Positions 46,612 to 57,163 of a DNA stretch of 64,000 bases are shown here, one piece after another. The DNA is from Calditrichales bacterium (GTDB taxonomy: Bacteria > Calditrichota > Calditrichia > Calditrichales > J004): NCBI GenBank assembly GCA_965267575.1, contig OZ254086.1, forward strand, positions 3,744,001-3,808,000, given 5' to 3'. The notes beneath the pieces are model-generated. The model had not been told where the DNA came from. It saw only the letters and a list, made by a program, of their open reading frames with translations, and searched no databases. The translations under genes and the position numbers were made by a program. Within the stretch, counting starts at the first letter, position 1; the number at the start of each line of letters is the position of its first letter.

Positions 46612-48232
46612 CGAACGGCTCAACAAAGATAACTTTTTCATTTTTAACACTAACTTTCCCCGGTTCGGCTTTACGGATACGGCTTACATGGCGCGCTTCG
46701 GTGTACATAACGGCCACGGTAGAATCATTTTTGGCGCGGCTGTGAGCAGCGGCGATACGCGCTGTTTTCTCTATTACCCCGGCAGGTACATCGCTGTTTT
46801 TATCCGGTTTACGGAGAATAACATGTGATCCCGGCACATTGCGGGCATGCAGCCAGATATCCCATTTATTGGCAAAATCAAACGTAAGCTGGTCGTTATT
46901 GAAATTATTTTTTCCTATATACACTTCCCACTTTTCATTAATGAGCGCCCGCTTAAACGAAAAGGCCAGGGCGGTTTGCTGTTTTTTGCTGTCAGCAGCG
47001 TCCTGCAACAGGCGCATGGCAATTAATTCTTCACGAACCTGACGCAGCTGTTTTACGCCGGCTTTCTCCGTTTTGCGTTTCAGCGCGCGGATTTGTTGCA
47101 GTTCGCGGTCATAAAAGCTTTTTTTCATCTGCACGGCTTCTTTTTTTTCCGCCGTGTTCTTGTATTTGTTGAAATAATATGTCGCATTTTCCGCGGCGCT
47201 TTTTTTGGGATCAAGGCTGATTGTAACCGGCTTATTGCTGCCGCTGATCACATCGGGCAGTTCGACCGTGTCAGCGCCTTTTGGTACCTGTGGCATCAAT
47301 GTTAACAGCAGATTACCTTTGTGCTCGGCTTCGTCTTTTTTCTTTTCAATATCCGCTGCTTTTTCAAGTGCCGCAATGGCCTGAATTAAGGCATTTTCTT
47401 TGCGTTCTATGGCTGTTATGCACTGGCTGTAAAGCTTTTCTTCCTGTTGTGACCTCTTTTTTTGGTCCACAAAAAGCGTCCAGCCTTTATTGACGGAGTC
47501 CCATATTTCCTCCTCCAGGCCGTTCGATCGATGTATCTCCGACCGGTATAGGGTAAGAAAGCGCGGTCTTTTGTTCTCCCTGTAGAGATAAAGCCGTGTC
47601 TGCCGCAATTCCCGGTAAAAATTTTCCATATGATCCAGGAAAACTCTCAGCGGCTGGTCACGTAGCAGGTCATCGGCCCCGCAACCGGCACGGAAAAGTA
47701 TCTCCTCTTTCATGCGGCCGTTGCAAGCAGGAATCTGCCGCGTAATGGCATTATAAACGCTTATTTGCGGAGACTCATCTATCCACTTTTGCAAAACGCT
47801 TACCGAAAAAGGCCACGACTTATAGTGTCGCGCGTTTTGTTGCTTTATCTCGTCATAATGTTTAAAAACGTCGATGAGCGTTTCATCATCCATAAAAAAG
47901 ATATTGGGTTGCCCGCCGTAAAAGCGAACGATCCAGGTGTGCGTTTTGCCTTTGATAGTGACCAGCTTGTCAAAAGGGGCAATTTCGATTGAAAGTAACT
48001 GTTCCGGCTTGTCCCACTTAAAAATATCTTTTGCCGGAGATTTGTAATTGCGCGGCTCCAGCAGAAAAAGACCGGGGAATTCCGGCGAGATATCAACCGC
48101 CAGGTGCCAATCCTGTAATTCAAATATCAGCTCGTTTTTATGAACGGTAAAGCAGCGCAGAACAGGCTGGTCTTTGATCTGCCCGGCAATTTCGGCTATC
48201 TGGGCTTTAAACAGGTAAAAGTTTTTATGCAT
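46601..48232 (-). CDS. rqcH: NFACT family ribosome quality control factor (RqcH/FbpA-like)
   Basis: Coiled coil with ISLDPKKSAAENA..YF.KYK, then NFACT-R domain IGKN...NDQLT....DIWLHA..PGSHV. Confidence 0.85.
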   Translation of the reverse strand: MHKNFYLFKAQIAEIAGQIKDQPVLRCFTVHKNELIFELQDWHLAVDISPEFPGLFLLEPRNYKSPAKDIFKWDKPEQLLSIEIAPFDKLVTIKGKTHTWIVRFYGGQPNIFFMDDETLIDVFKHYDEIKQQNARHYKSWPFSVSVLQKWIDESPQISVYNAITRQIPACNGRMKEEILFRAGCGADDLLRDQPLRVFLDHMENFYRELRQTRLYLYRENKRPRFLTLYRSEIHRSNGLEEEIWDSVNKGWTLFVDQKKRSQQEEKLYSQCITAIERKENALIQAIAALEKAADIEKKKDEAEHKGNLLLTLMPQVPKGADTVELPDVISGSNKPVTISLDPKKSAAENATYYFNKYKNTAEKKEAVQMKKSFYDRELQQIRALKRKTEKAGVKQLRQVREELIAMRLLQDAADSKKQQTALAFSFKRALINEKWEVYIGKNNFNNDQLTFDFANKWDIWLHARNVPGSHVILRKPDKNSDVPAGVIEKTARIAAAHSRAKNDSTVAVMYTEARHVSRIRKAEPGKVSVKNEKVIFVEPFDAL

Positions 48233-48334
48233 CGATGAGGATGTTTGGGTTTAATATTTATTTAGATGTAAATTACGAGACGCACAGGAAAAATCCCAAC
48301 AATTTAGACCAACGCTTTAAATTTTGGAGCAATC

Positions 48335-49210
48335 ATGCATAGTATGACGGGATATGGTAAAGCGGAAAATACCAATAAGAAATTTCAAATCAGTGTGGAA
48401 GTCAAAAGCGTCAACAGCCGCTATCTGGATATCAGCATAAAGCAGCCCGCGGTTTTGGCGCCATTTGAGCCTTTGCTGCGCGATCTGGTAAAAAAGAATG
48501 TGTTGCGCGGCAAGATAGCCATATATGTGGATCTGCAGCTTAACCCATCCGGGGATGCCGATACTCTTGTAAATGCGCGCAAGCTGGAGTTTTACCTGCG
48601 CTCACTGGAAGCTATAAACAACAAGCTGCCCCAAAAAACCGACATTAGCCTGGAACATCTGCTTCAGTTCAGCGAGTTATTCGAACCGGAGCTGGATGAA
48701 TCGGATATCGCTATAATTGAGCCTTTGCTTACCGAAACAACACAGTTTGCCCTGCAGGCCTTTAATGCCATGCGCGCCCGCGAAGGTGAACATCTTAAAA
48801 ACGATATGGATAAGCGGATCAGAAACGTCGCCGATTCATGCGCGCGCATAAAGGGACTCTCCAAAAATGCCGCCCGCGAAGAATTTGACAAGCTCTATGC
48901 CCGGTTGCTGGAGATGATAGATTCGGCCAGGCTGGACCGGGAGAGGCTGGAGCAGGAGATCGCCATTTTATCGGATCGTGTTGACATCAGCGAAGAACTG
49001 ACCCGCCTTAAAAGCCACTTAAAACAGTTCGCGGCAACATTACAATCTAAAGGCGAGGTAGGTAAAAAGCTTACCTTTATCTTGCAGGAGATGCACCGCG
49101 AGGCCAACACGATCAATTCCAAAACAGCCAACGTGGATGTATCGCACGAAGTGATAGCCATAAAAGAAGCGGTTGAAAAAATCCGGGAACAGGCTCAGAA
49201 TATCGAATAG
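48335..49210 (+). CDS. yicC: YicC/YloC family endoribonuclease
   Basis: SMTGYG, KSVNSRYLD, RGK, DISEE.TRL.SH, GKKL.F..QEMHREANT..SK and EKIREQ.QNIE. Confidence 0.95.
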   Translation: MHSMTGYGKAENTNKKFQISVEVKSVNSRYLDISIKQPAVLAPFEPLLRDLVKKNVLRGKIAIYVDLQLNPSGDADTLVNARKLEFYLRSLEAINNKLPQKTDISLEHLLQFSELFEPELDESDIAIIEPLLTETTQFALQAFNAMRAREGEHLKNDMDKRIRNVADSCARIKGLSKNAAREEFDKLYARLLEMIDSARLDRERLEQEIAILSDRVDISEELTRLKSHLKQFAATLQSKGEVGKKLTFILQEMHREANTINSKTANVDVSHEVIAIKEAVEKIREQAQNIE

Positions 49211-49222
49211 GACAGGGACGTA

Positions 49223-49792
49223 ATGGCAACATTCAAATCATCGCATATCGTGTTTTCGGCTCCGTCGGGGGCCGGCAAAACCACGATCGTAAAAAAGCTT
49301 CTGGAAAAATACCCCGAAAAACTGGCTCTTTCCGTTTCCGCCACAACGCGCCGGCAGCGTCCGGGAGAAAAAAACAATGTGGATTACGTTTTTCTGTCGC
49401 AACAGCAATTTGACGAGGCCGTGCGCCAAAACGCTTTTCTGGAATTTGAAGAAGTGCATGGCAACTATTACGGTACTCTCAAAAGCAGCGTGGACCAGCT
49501 AACCGTCTCCGGAAAATCGGTGTTGTTTGACATTGACGTAAAGGGGGCTCTGTCTATTAAAAGAGCCTATTCCAGGGCAATGCTTATCTTTATTAAGCCG
49601 CCGAGCATGGAAGCACTCAAAGAGCGCCTGCGAAAGCGCAAAAGCGAGGACGAAAATACGATCAGCAAAAGACTGCAACGCATAGATTATGAATATGGGC
49701 AGGCACAATTTTTCGACTACGTCGTTATTAACGACAATTTGAAAGATACCGTGCAACAAGTGGAAGAAATTATTCGAAATGGCCAAGCCTAA
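49223..49792 (+). CDS. gmk: guanylate kinase
   Basis: SAPSGAGKTT, SVSATTR..RPGE, YYGT and DIDV.G. Confidence 0.97.
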   Translation: MATFKSSHIVFSAPSGAGKTTIVKKLLEKYPEKLALSVSATTRRQRPGEKNNVDYVFLSQQQFDEAVRQNAFLEFEEVHGNYYGTLKSSVDQLTVSGKSVLFDIDVKGALSIKRAYSRAMLIFIKPPSMEALKERLRKRKSEDENTISKRLQRIDYEYGQAQFFDYVVINDNLKDTVQQVEEIIRNGQA

Positions 49793-50822
49793 AACAATAC
49801 ACTGTCTGGACAAAACCGATGGTCTGCTTTTTTACTGCATCTCATTTCTGGAAAAGCTGGACAATTCTTTGTACGACGTCCGCTTTAGCCCCGATCCGCG
49901 CTGCGATTACGGCGACCTGTTCAGTCTTTTTGAGAAGATCACCTTAGTTGCCGCCGAAAAGCGTGAAGCATCGGACCTGCGCATAGAGTTTGTGTCCCAG
50001 CACAGCCAGCCGGATGATAGCGCGCACCTGGTTTACCCGGTATTCGAATCCGACTGGGAAAAATTCGATACGCCGGACAGCAGGCGAATGCCCCTTTACC
50101 GTCAAAATGTTCCCGTGCGCCCCGATGACGGCGATGCCATGGATATGATCATACGCTACCTGGAAAAACAGGATTTAAGGGGTAAAAAGGTGCTGGTAAA
50201 TGCAGGGCCAAGCCTTGAAGACATTGACCCGGTGCGTTTTATCAGCAACCGCTCCAGCGGCAAGATGGGTATTGCACTGGCCCGCGCGGCCTGGCGGCGT
50301 GGCGCGAATGTGCGGCTTATCGCGGGTCCCGTTGCTCACTATGTACCGCAATACCTGAACCATGTGACAGTGCGCAGTGCTGCTGAGATGGCTGGCGCTG
50401 TGAACGATCATTTTGCGCAATGCGATTACTTTTTTGCTGCTGCTGCTGTAGCCGACTACACGCCGGCATCCGTCTCGGAACAAAAAATGAAAAAAGGCGA
50501 TGGCGATATGAGCCTGCCGTTAAAGCGCACTTCCGACATTTTGCTTTCGATCAAAGACAAAAAACGCGATGACCAGATCATTGTCGGCTTTTCTGTGGAA
50601 ACGGAAAATGTGCGCGACAACTCGACGCAAAAGATGAAGAAGAAAGGACTCGATTTTATCTGCATCAACAACCCTAAAGAAGAAGGTGCCGGATTTGCGC
50701 ATAATACCAACCGTATCGACATCTTGTCCAAAGACGGCGCTTACCAGTCGTTGCCGGTATTGAGCAAGCTGGAAACCGCCGACCGCATTATTGATGCTGT
50801 GTTGGGAAAGGCCGCCGGATGA
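49779..50822 (+). CDS. coaB: phosphopantothenate-cysteine ligase (CoaB domain) with degenerate N-terminal domain
   Basis: [29 protein letters not shown] and VGFSVET present. The first ~130 aa lack CoaC flavoprotein motifs. Confidence 0.85.
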   Translation: MAKPKTIHCLDKTDGLLFYCISFLEKLDNSLYDVRFSPDPRCDYGDLFSLFEKITLVAAEKREASDLRIEFVSQHSQPDDSAHLVYPVFESDWEKFDTPDSRRMPLYRQNVPVRPDDGDAMDMIIRYLEKQDLRGKKVLVNAGPSLEDIDPVRFISNRSSGKMGIALARAAWRRGANVRLIAGPVAHYVPQYLNHVTVRSAAEMAGAVNDHFAQCDYFFAAAAVADYTPASVSEQKMKKGDGDMSLPLKRTSDILLSIKDKKRDDQIIVGFSVETENVRDNSTQKMKKKGLDFICINNPKEEGAGFAHNTNRIDILSKDGAYQSLPVLSKLETADRIIDAVLGKAAG

Positions 50823-51556
50823 GCGAAATAGTCAAAGAAGTTCAGGCTTTTCTGCATTGGTATAAGGAAGTATACGGCAACGATGTTTTCCTGGAAGGGG
50901 AGCTTTCGGACGCAAGTGCGGAGCCGGCCGTCTCCAAGCCTATGGCAAAGCCCGTTCCCAGGCCTGTTTCCGCGCCGGGAAAAGGTTTTGATGAACGACT
51001 TGTCCACCAAAACAATCGCGAAATAAAAGAATTCTACCACGCCATCCGTGAATGTCAGAAATGTCCCCTGGGTCAGACACGCAAAAATTTTGTATTTGGC
51101 ATGGGCAATCCCAACGCGGAGATCATGTTTGTGGGTGAAGCGCCGGGCCGCGATGAAGACCTGCAGGGATTGCCGTTTGTGGGCAAGGCGGGGCAGTTGC
51201 TGGATAAAATGCTGTTTGCCATGCAGTTACAGCGTGATGAAGTATATATCGCCAATGTGCTGAAGTGCCGTCCGCCGCAAAACCGCGATCCACAACCCGA
51301 TGAAGTGAATGAATGCGAACCCTATCTTAAAAAGCAGATTGAAATGATCAAACCTTCGGTTATCGTTGCCCTGGGACGGATTTCGGCACAGGTGCTGCTC
51401 AAAACCGATGAACCGCTCAGCCGGCTGCGTCACCGGTCTCACAGCTACGCCTCCATTCCCTTTGTGGTTACCTACCACCCGGCCGCTCTCCTGCGCAACC
51501 CGCGCTTTAAAGCCGATGCCTGGAGTGACCTTAAAAAAATCAGGGAATATATTTAA
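50819..51556 (+). CDS. uracil-DNA glycosylase family 4 (Fe-S)
   Basis: CQKCPL, VGEAPG..ED..G.PFVGKAG, NVLKCRPP.NR.P and YHPAALLR. Confidence 0.95.
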   Translation: MSEIVKEVQAFLHWYKEVYGNDVFLEGELSDASAEPAVSKPMAKPVPRPVSAPGKGFDERLVHQNNREIKEFYHAIRECQKCPLGQTRKNFVFGMGNPNAEIMFVGEAPGRDEDLQGLPFVGKAGQLLDKMLFAMQLQRDEVYIANVLKCRPPQNRDPQPDEVNECEPYLKKQIEMIKPSVIVALGRISAQVLLKTDEPLSRLRHRSHSYASIPFVVTYHPAALLRNPRFKADAWSDLKKIREYI

Positions 51557-51649
51557 CCCCGGACACACTTTGCGCTTTCCAAACTGTTGAATATTTATTA
51601 TTCTTAGCAGTACTCTTTTAATTGAAACAGAACACAGATATAACATACT

Positions 51650-53044
51650 ATGAATGATTTTGCCAACGGCGACCAAAAAATAAATACCCCTCCACACGAT
51701 ATCGAAGTCGAGCAGATGGTGCTTGGCGCTATGCTGCTGGATGAAGAGGCCGTCTCGATGGCCGTAGAAGCGCTCGAACCGTCCTATTTCTACAAATCGG
51801 CGCATAAAGAAATATTTAATGCCGTTTGCGATATGTTTGAGGATAAATCCGAAATTGACCTGGTGACACTGGGGGAAGAGCTTAAACGTCGCAAAACCTA
51901 TGATACAATCGGCGGAGCCTATTACCTGGCCGAGATTTCAAACAGCACGCCATCTGCAGCCAACCTTAAAAACTACCTGGAAATTGTAAAACAAAAAGCC
52001 CTTTCGCGTATGCTCATCAAAGAGTGTAATACAATCATTGAAAAGGCCTACGGACAAGAAGAAGAAATCAACCAGATGCTGGATTACGCTGAATCGCGCA
52101 TCTTTGAGATCTCCGAAAAACGCATGCAAAAGGGCTTTGCCGATATAAACAATATTCTGCATGCCACCTTCGAACGCATCGACCAGTTGTATCATTCGGG
52201 ACATTCAGGGGTTACGGGCGTGCCTTCCGATTATAAAAAGCTGGACGAGATGACAGCCGGCTTTCAGTCGTCGGATCTGATCGTATTGGCCGGGCGTCCC
52301 AGTATGGGCAAAACGGCCTTTGCCCTGAACCTGGCGCGCAATGCCGCGGTGGATCATGGTATGCCGGTGGGTATTTTCAGCCTGGAGATGTCTTCCGAAG
52401 CCCTGGTGATGCGTCTTTTGTGTACCGAATCCAAGGTTAACCAGATGAAGGTGCGGACGGGCAAGCTGTCCAAAGACGACATGGACAATCTGACCACGCA
52501 CGTCGGCAACCTGATGAACGCCCCGATCTACATTGACGATACGCCATCACTTAACGTCCTGGAATTAAGGGCCAAGGCACGGCGTCTTAAAGCAGAGGCC
52601 AACATCCAGATGCTGCTGATCGACTATCTGCAACTTATGGATGGTACGAAAGGCGAAAACAGGCAACAGGAAATCACCCATATTTCGCGTTCGATCAAGG
52701 GTATTGCCAAGGAACTGGATATACCCGTTGTAGCTTTGTCTCAGCTTAGCCGCCAGGTGGAAAGCCGCGATAAGTTCAAACGGCCACAGCTTTCAGATTT
52801 GCGCGAATCCGGCGCCATCGAGCAGGATGCCGACGTGGTTCTCTTTGTCTACAGGCCGGAATACTACCAGATCCAGGAGTTTGAGGATGGAACATCGACA
52901 CACAATATGTGTGAAATAATCATCGGAAAGCAGCGTAATGGTCCTGTTGGCTCTACGCGCCTTACGTTTCTTAAGGAATTCGGTAAATTTGGCGACCCTG
53001 ACCTGTTTCATGACACGGCTGTTTACACACCGGCAGAGTTTTAA
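51650..53044 (+). CDS. dnaB: replicative DNA helicase
   Basis: PPHDIE.EQ.VLG, AGRPSMGKT, SLEMS, IDYLQL, LSQLSR, LSDLRESGAIEQDAD and KQRNGP. Confidence 0.98.
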   Translation: MNDFANGDQKINTPPHDIEVEQMVLGAMLLDEEAVSMAVEALEPSYFYKSAHKEIFNAVCDMFEDKSEIDLVTLGEELKRRKTYDTIGGAYYLAEISNSTPSAANLKNYLEIVKQKALSRMLIKECNTIIEKAYGQEEEINQMLDYAESRIFEISEKRMQKGFADINNILHATFERIDQLYHSGHSGVTGVPSDYKKLDEMTAGFQSSDLIVLAGRPSMGKTAFALNLARNAAVDHGMPVGIFSLEMSSEALVMRLLCTESKVNQMKVRTGKLSKDDMDNLTTHVGNLMNAPIYIDDTPSLNVLELRAKARRLKAEANIQMLLIDYLQLMDGTKGENRQQEITHISRSIKGIAKELDIPVVALSQLSRQVESRDKFKRPQLSDLRESGAIEQDADVVLFVYRPEYYQIQEFEDGTSTHNMCEIIIGKQRNGPVGSTRLTFLKEFGKFGDPDLFHDTAVYTPAEF

Positions 53045-53057
53045 AAGGTGATTTTTT

Positions 53058-55256
53058 ATGCTCCAAACCCGTGAAATATCTTTACTGAACAGAATGCATA
53101 GCTGGCTGGATGAGGATTTCGAAAAGCTTCTTGAAGAAATACGCCAGTACAGCAACGATATCGATATCGGCATTTTACGTAAAGCCTATGAATTCGGCCT
53201 GAAGGCGCACCTGCATCAGCAGCGTCATTCCGGGGAGCCCTATTTCAAGCATTGCCTGCAGGTGGCAAGAATTCTCGCCGAGCTGCGTATGGATCAGACA
53301 ACGATCATCGCCGGGTTGCTGCACGACGTGGTGGAAGACACGGAGTATTCTCTGGACGACGTACGCGAAGAGTTTGGAGAGACCGTCGCGCTTTTGGTAG
53401 ACGGCGTCACAAAGATCAGCGAGCTTATTTATGAGAGCAAGGAACTACGCCAGGCCGAAACCTTCCGTAAAATGCTGCTCTCAATGGCGGAAGACCTGCG
53501 CGTAATTATTATCAAATTTGCCGACCGTCTGCACAACATGCGCACACTGGAGCACCTGCCGGAAAACAAGCAGCTGCGAATCGCCCTGGAAACACGTGAT
53601 GTTTACGCGCCTCTGGCTCACCGCTTTGGTATCGCCCGGATTAAATGGGAACTGGAAGACCTGGCCCTGAAGGCCATTGAGCCCGATTCTTACAAAATGC
53701 TGGTAAATAAGATAAAAGTATCGCGCAAGCAGCGGGAAGAATATATAAGCAATATTGCCGATCCCATCCAGAGCGAGATGAAAAAGCATGATATGAACCC
53801 GATCATCTCGGGCAGGCCCAAGAGTTTTTATTCCATTTTCAACAAAATGAAAAGGCGAAACCGGCCGTTTGAAGAGATCTACGATCTGCTGGCCGTGCGC
53901 ATTCTCGTAGATAAATTGGAAGAGTGTTATTACGCCCTGGGCATTATTCACAGCAAATTTGCGCCCGTTTATGACCGCTTTAAAGATTATATCGCAACGC
54001 CCAAGATAAATGGTTACCGTTCTCTGCATACGACCGTTGTAGGGCCCAATGGCCGCATGATAGAGATACAGATCCGCACCCATGAGATGCACACGATGGC
54101 CGAAAACGGTATCGCGGCACACTGGAAATACAAACACGGTGGCGATGAAGACCCACAAATCTCAAATTCGCTGAACTGGGTCAAAGAGCTGCTTGATCGT
54201 CAACGCAGCGAGGAAGGCGATGCCGGCGAATTTATGGAAAGCCTGAAAATTGACCTTTTCCAGGATGAAGTGTTTCTGTTTACACCGCGTGGCGATCTGT
54301 TTAAACTGCCCGCAGGCTCCACCCCGATCGATTTTGCCTACGCTGTGCATACCAATATCGGTAACCACTGTATCGGCGCCAAAGTAAACGGCAAGATAGT
54401 TCCCTTGCGCACAACGCTGCGCAGTGGCGACCAGGTGGAGATTATAACATCGCATGGTCAAAAACCCAGCCAGGACTGGATCAATTATGTAAAGACCAGC
54501 AAGGCAAGACACTGGATCAAAAAGTACTTGCGTGAGGAACAGCTTGTTCAGACCAAAGAGATCGGGCAGGAGATTCTCAACAAATTTTTGAAAAAATACA
54601 ATCTGACCGAAAAAAGTCCTGAGTTTGCGGACAATATTTCGAAGCTCGGTTACAGTAATATCGAATCCCTTGTGATTGCCCTCGGTCGCGGCGATATCGT
54701 AATGGAAAGCCTGGCTAAAAAGATTTTTCCGGCAGAGTATCACGCTCCGCAAAACGACGAAGCCCAAATGGGCATCATCAAACGCTATATTTCGCGCAGC
54801 CGCAACCAGTCCGGCATCAGGGTGCAGGGCATCGACAATATGCTGATCAATTTTGCCAAATGCTGCCATCCTGTTCCAGGTGACCGGATTATCGGTTACC
54901 TGACGCGCGGCAAAGGCGTTACAATCCACCGCAGCGACTGTAAAAACCTGGTGAAGCTGCTGGAAGAAAAACAACGCATCATAGATGTGGAATGGGCCAT
55001 CGATAAGGATCAGGAATTCCTGGTTCACCTGTCTATTATTGGTGAAGACCGCAAAGACCTGCTGCGTGATATAACACAATGTGTATCAAAGCAGAACACG
55101 AATATTGTGAGCGTATTTTTTAACGCCGAAAATATGTACGCCAAGGGCCACATAAACATTCAGGTAAAAGACCTGCACCATCTTACCAAGATAATAAACA
55201 ATATCAGTAAAATTCCCGGTGTATTCTCCGTCGAAAGGGTAAGCGATCTAAACTGA
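53058..55256 (+). CDS. relA: bifunctional (p)ppGpp synthetase/hydrolase
   Basis: R.SGEPY, intact LLHDVVEDT hydrolase motif, ADRLHNMRT, YRSLHT, EIQIRT, plus TGS and ACT domains. Confidence 0.96.
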   Translation: MLQTREISLLNRMHSWLDEDFEKLLEEIRQYSNDIDIGILRKAYEFGLKAHLHQQRHSGEPYFKHCLQVARILAELRMDQTTIIAGLLHDVVEDTEYSLDDVREEFGETVALLVDGVTKISELIYESKELRQAETFRKMLLSMAEDLRVIIIKFADRLHNMRTLEHLPENKQLRIALETRDVYAPLAHRFGIARIKWELEDLALKAIEPDSYKMLVNKIKVSRKQREEYISNIADPIQSEMKKHDMNPIISGRPKSFYSIFNKMKRRNRPFEEIYDLLAVRILVDKLEECYYALGIIHSKFAPVYDRFKDYIATPKINGYRSLHTTVVGPNGRMIEIQIRTHEMHTMAENGIAAHWKYKHGGDEDPQISNSLNWVKELLDRQRSEEGDAGEFMESLKIDLFQDEVFLFTPRGDLFKLPAGSTPIDFAYAVHTNIGNHCIGAKVNGKIVPLRTTLRSGDQVEIITSHGQKPSQDWINYVKTSKARHWIKKYLREEQLVQTKEIGQEILNKFLKKYNLTEKSPEFADNISKLGYSNIESLVIALGRGDIVMESLAKKIFPAEYHAPQNDEAQMGIIKRYISRSRNQSGIRVQGIDNMLINFAKCCHPVPGDRIIGYLTRGKGVTIHRSDCKNLVKLLEEKQRIIDVEWAIDKDQEFLVHLSIIGEDRKDLLRDITQCVSKQNTNIVSVFFNAENMYAKGHINIQVKDLHHLTKIINNISKIPGVFSVERVSDLN

Positions 55257-55310
55257 ACGCCTTACTTTTTCACCTCTTTTATTTTAAATTAAATCAAAAC
55301 AATAAAACGA

Positions 55311-55805
55311 ATGGAAAGGACTTCAATAGTGGAGTATGTATATCTTACGCAAGAAGGCTTGGATAATTTAAAAAATGAACTGCATGAGCTGAAATTCAGA
55401 AAGCGCCCTGAAGTCTCGGAGAAAGTGGCGACGGCTCGCGAGCACGGCGATCTCAAGGAAAACGCCGAGTATCACGCGGCACGTGAAGAACTGTCACTTC
55501 TGGAAACAAAGATACAGAAACTGCAGGAACGCTTGTCCCGCGCCCGCGTAATCGACGAAAACGAGCTGTCCACAGATCAGGCTAGTATTCTCACAACCGT
55601 CACGGTGGAAGACCAGCGCACAAAGAAAAAATTCGACTACACACTCGTATCGGCCGAAGAAGCCGATCTGAAGCAAAAGAAAATTTCCATTGATTCGCCG
55701 ATAGGCAAAGGGCTTCTGGGCAGGAAAGTGGGCGAATTGGCTGAAATTGAAGTACCTGCAGGCGTGATGCGTTATAAAATCGTTAACATCGTTCTTGATA
55801 AGTGA
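55311..55805 (+). CDS. greA: transcription elongation factor GreA
   Basis: AREHGDLKENAEYHAARE and IS..SPIGKGLLG. Alternative GTG start at 55329. Confidence 0.96.
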   Translation: MERTSIVEYVYLTQEGLDNLKNELHELKFRKRPEVSEKVATAREHGDLKENAEYHAAREELSLLETKIQKLQERLSRARVIDENELSTDQASILTTVTVEDQRTKKKFDYTLVSAEEADLKQKKISIDSPIGKGLLGRKVGELAEIEVPAGVMRYKIVNIVLDK

Positions 55806-55860
55806 AACAAGTGCCAAACCGTTGCGTCTCTTAGCCATAGGTGCAAAACGGGAGCTAAAA

Positions 55861-56592
55861 ATGACAGAACAACGAAATACTTCTTCAAACACAAAAAAAC
55901 TTTACCGCTCCAGAAGCAATCGCGTATTGGGCGGTGTTTGTGGCGGAATCGGCGAATATTTTGGAATCGATCCATTGATTATCCGTCTGGCCTGGATTGT
56001 ATTTGCCTTTACGGGCTTTGGCATTATCGCATACATTGCCGCATTAATCATTGTGCCGGACAACCCTTCCCAGGAGATAAGCGGTAACCAGAAAAAAGCT
56101 TCCGGCGAGGGCGCAAAACTATGGGGTTCTGCGCTGATTATCATTGGCGTTTTGTTATTGTTGCGGCAGACCGGCGTTCTTTATTATTTCCATTTCTGGA
56201 ATTTGCCGTGGACAACGATACTGGCATTGCTGCTGATCGGTTTTGGTATCTACATGTTCTTAAACCGTTCACGCGATAGTGCAAAAGAAGTGGTGCCGGA
56301 AGGTGACATGCCCGCCGTTGAAGGGGAAAGCGATGAACGCCATGAGCAAAAAAGCGACAACATAAAAAGCTTCTACCGTCTTAAGGGAGAAGATGTGCAT
56401 ATGCTTTCCGGAGTTTGTACCGGGCTTGCAGATTACTTTGATTTAGATGTCACGCTTGTCCGCTTGCTTTGGGTTTTCGCCACCCTGGCTTCGGCCGGTG
56501 TAGGAATAATAGCCTATATCGTAGCCGCAATCGTTTTTCCGGAAAAGCATTACAAAAGTGAAGCAAGTAGCAGCGGGGAGAGTAACTCATGA
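55861..56592 (+). CDS. PspC-domain membrane protein (two PspC domains flanking a LiaF-like TM segment)
   Basis: LYRSRSNRVLGGVCGGIGEYFGIDP..IRL and second copy MLSGVCTGLADYFDLD.TLVRL. ATG 55861 has a GGGAG SD. Confidence 0.88.
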   Translation: MTEQRNTSSNTKKLYRSRSNRVLGGVCGGIGEYFGIDPLIIRLAWIVFAFTGFGIIAYIAALIIVPDNPSQEISGNQKKASGEGAKLWGSALIIIGVLLLLRQTGVLYYFHFWNLPWTTILALLLIGFGIYMFLNRSRDSAKEVVPEGDMPAVEGESDERHEQKSDNIKSFYRLKGEDVHMLSGVCTGLADYFDLDVTLVRLLWVFATLASAGVGIIAYIVAAIVFPEKHYKSEASSSGESNS

Positions 56593-57092
56593 ACCGTTCC
56601 ATCATATTTCCTGTAATTCTGATAATAACAGGCGTGTTATTGCTCTTAAACCAGTGGGATATTTATGAATTTTCGCGTCCGCATACGATTATTCTGATAT
56701 TCGCTTTTCTGGCGGTGATTTTCGGGCGAAAAGCATATTTAAGTCCAACGCGCAGTGGTATAGCCGCCGCTTCCTTTTTCGGTCTTATGGCCGTCGCCAT
56801 CTTTCTGATGGATATAAACGTGCTGCCCATATCCAATGAATCGGGTTTTGCGGCCATTACAATCAGCCTGGCTGTTGGACAGTTCGCGTACTTTATTTTT
56901 AACCCAAAACACGTTACATCATTGGTATTCGGCATCCTGTTTGCGCTGGTCTCAGTGCCGTTTATTATGATGCAGATACAAATTATTGATGCCTGGCACT
57001 TTGTGCGCAGCGCAGAGGTATTCTGGCCGTTGGTGCTGATTCTTTTGGGAGCGGGACTTTTTCTGGAAGGGCTGTTAAAAAGGGCAAAATAA
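56589..57092 (+). CDS. LiaF/LiaI-like membrane protein
   Basis: ILIITGVLLLL and FWPLVLILLG motifs, multi-TM, coupled to the pspC-like gene by an ATGA overlap. Confidence 0.65.
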   Translation: MNRSIIFPVILIITGVLLLLNQWDIYEFSRPHTIILIFAFLAVIFGRKAYLSPTRSGIAAASFFGLMAVAIFLMDINVLPISNESGFAAITISLAVGQFAYFIFNPKHVTSLVFGILFALVSVPFIMMQIQIIDAWHFVRSAEVFWPLVLILLGAGLFLEGLLKRAK

Positions 57093-57124
57093 ATTTTATA
57101 TAAATAGCTGATTAATTTATTTTT

Positions 57125-57154
57125 AAGCGCGGGAATTATCCCGCGTTTTTTTTT
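57125..57154 (+). terminator. intrinsic terminator
   Basis: AAGCGCGGGA-atta-TCCCGCGTTT with long T-run. Confidence 0.8.
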
Positions 57155-57163
57155 GGAGCCAAT

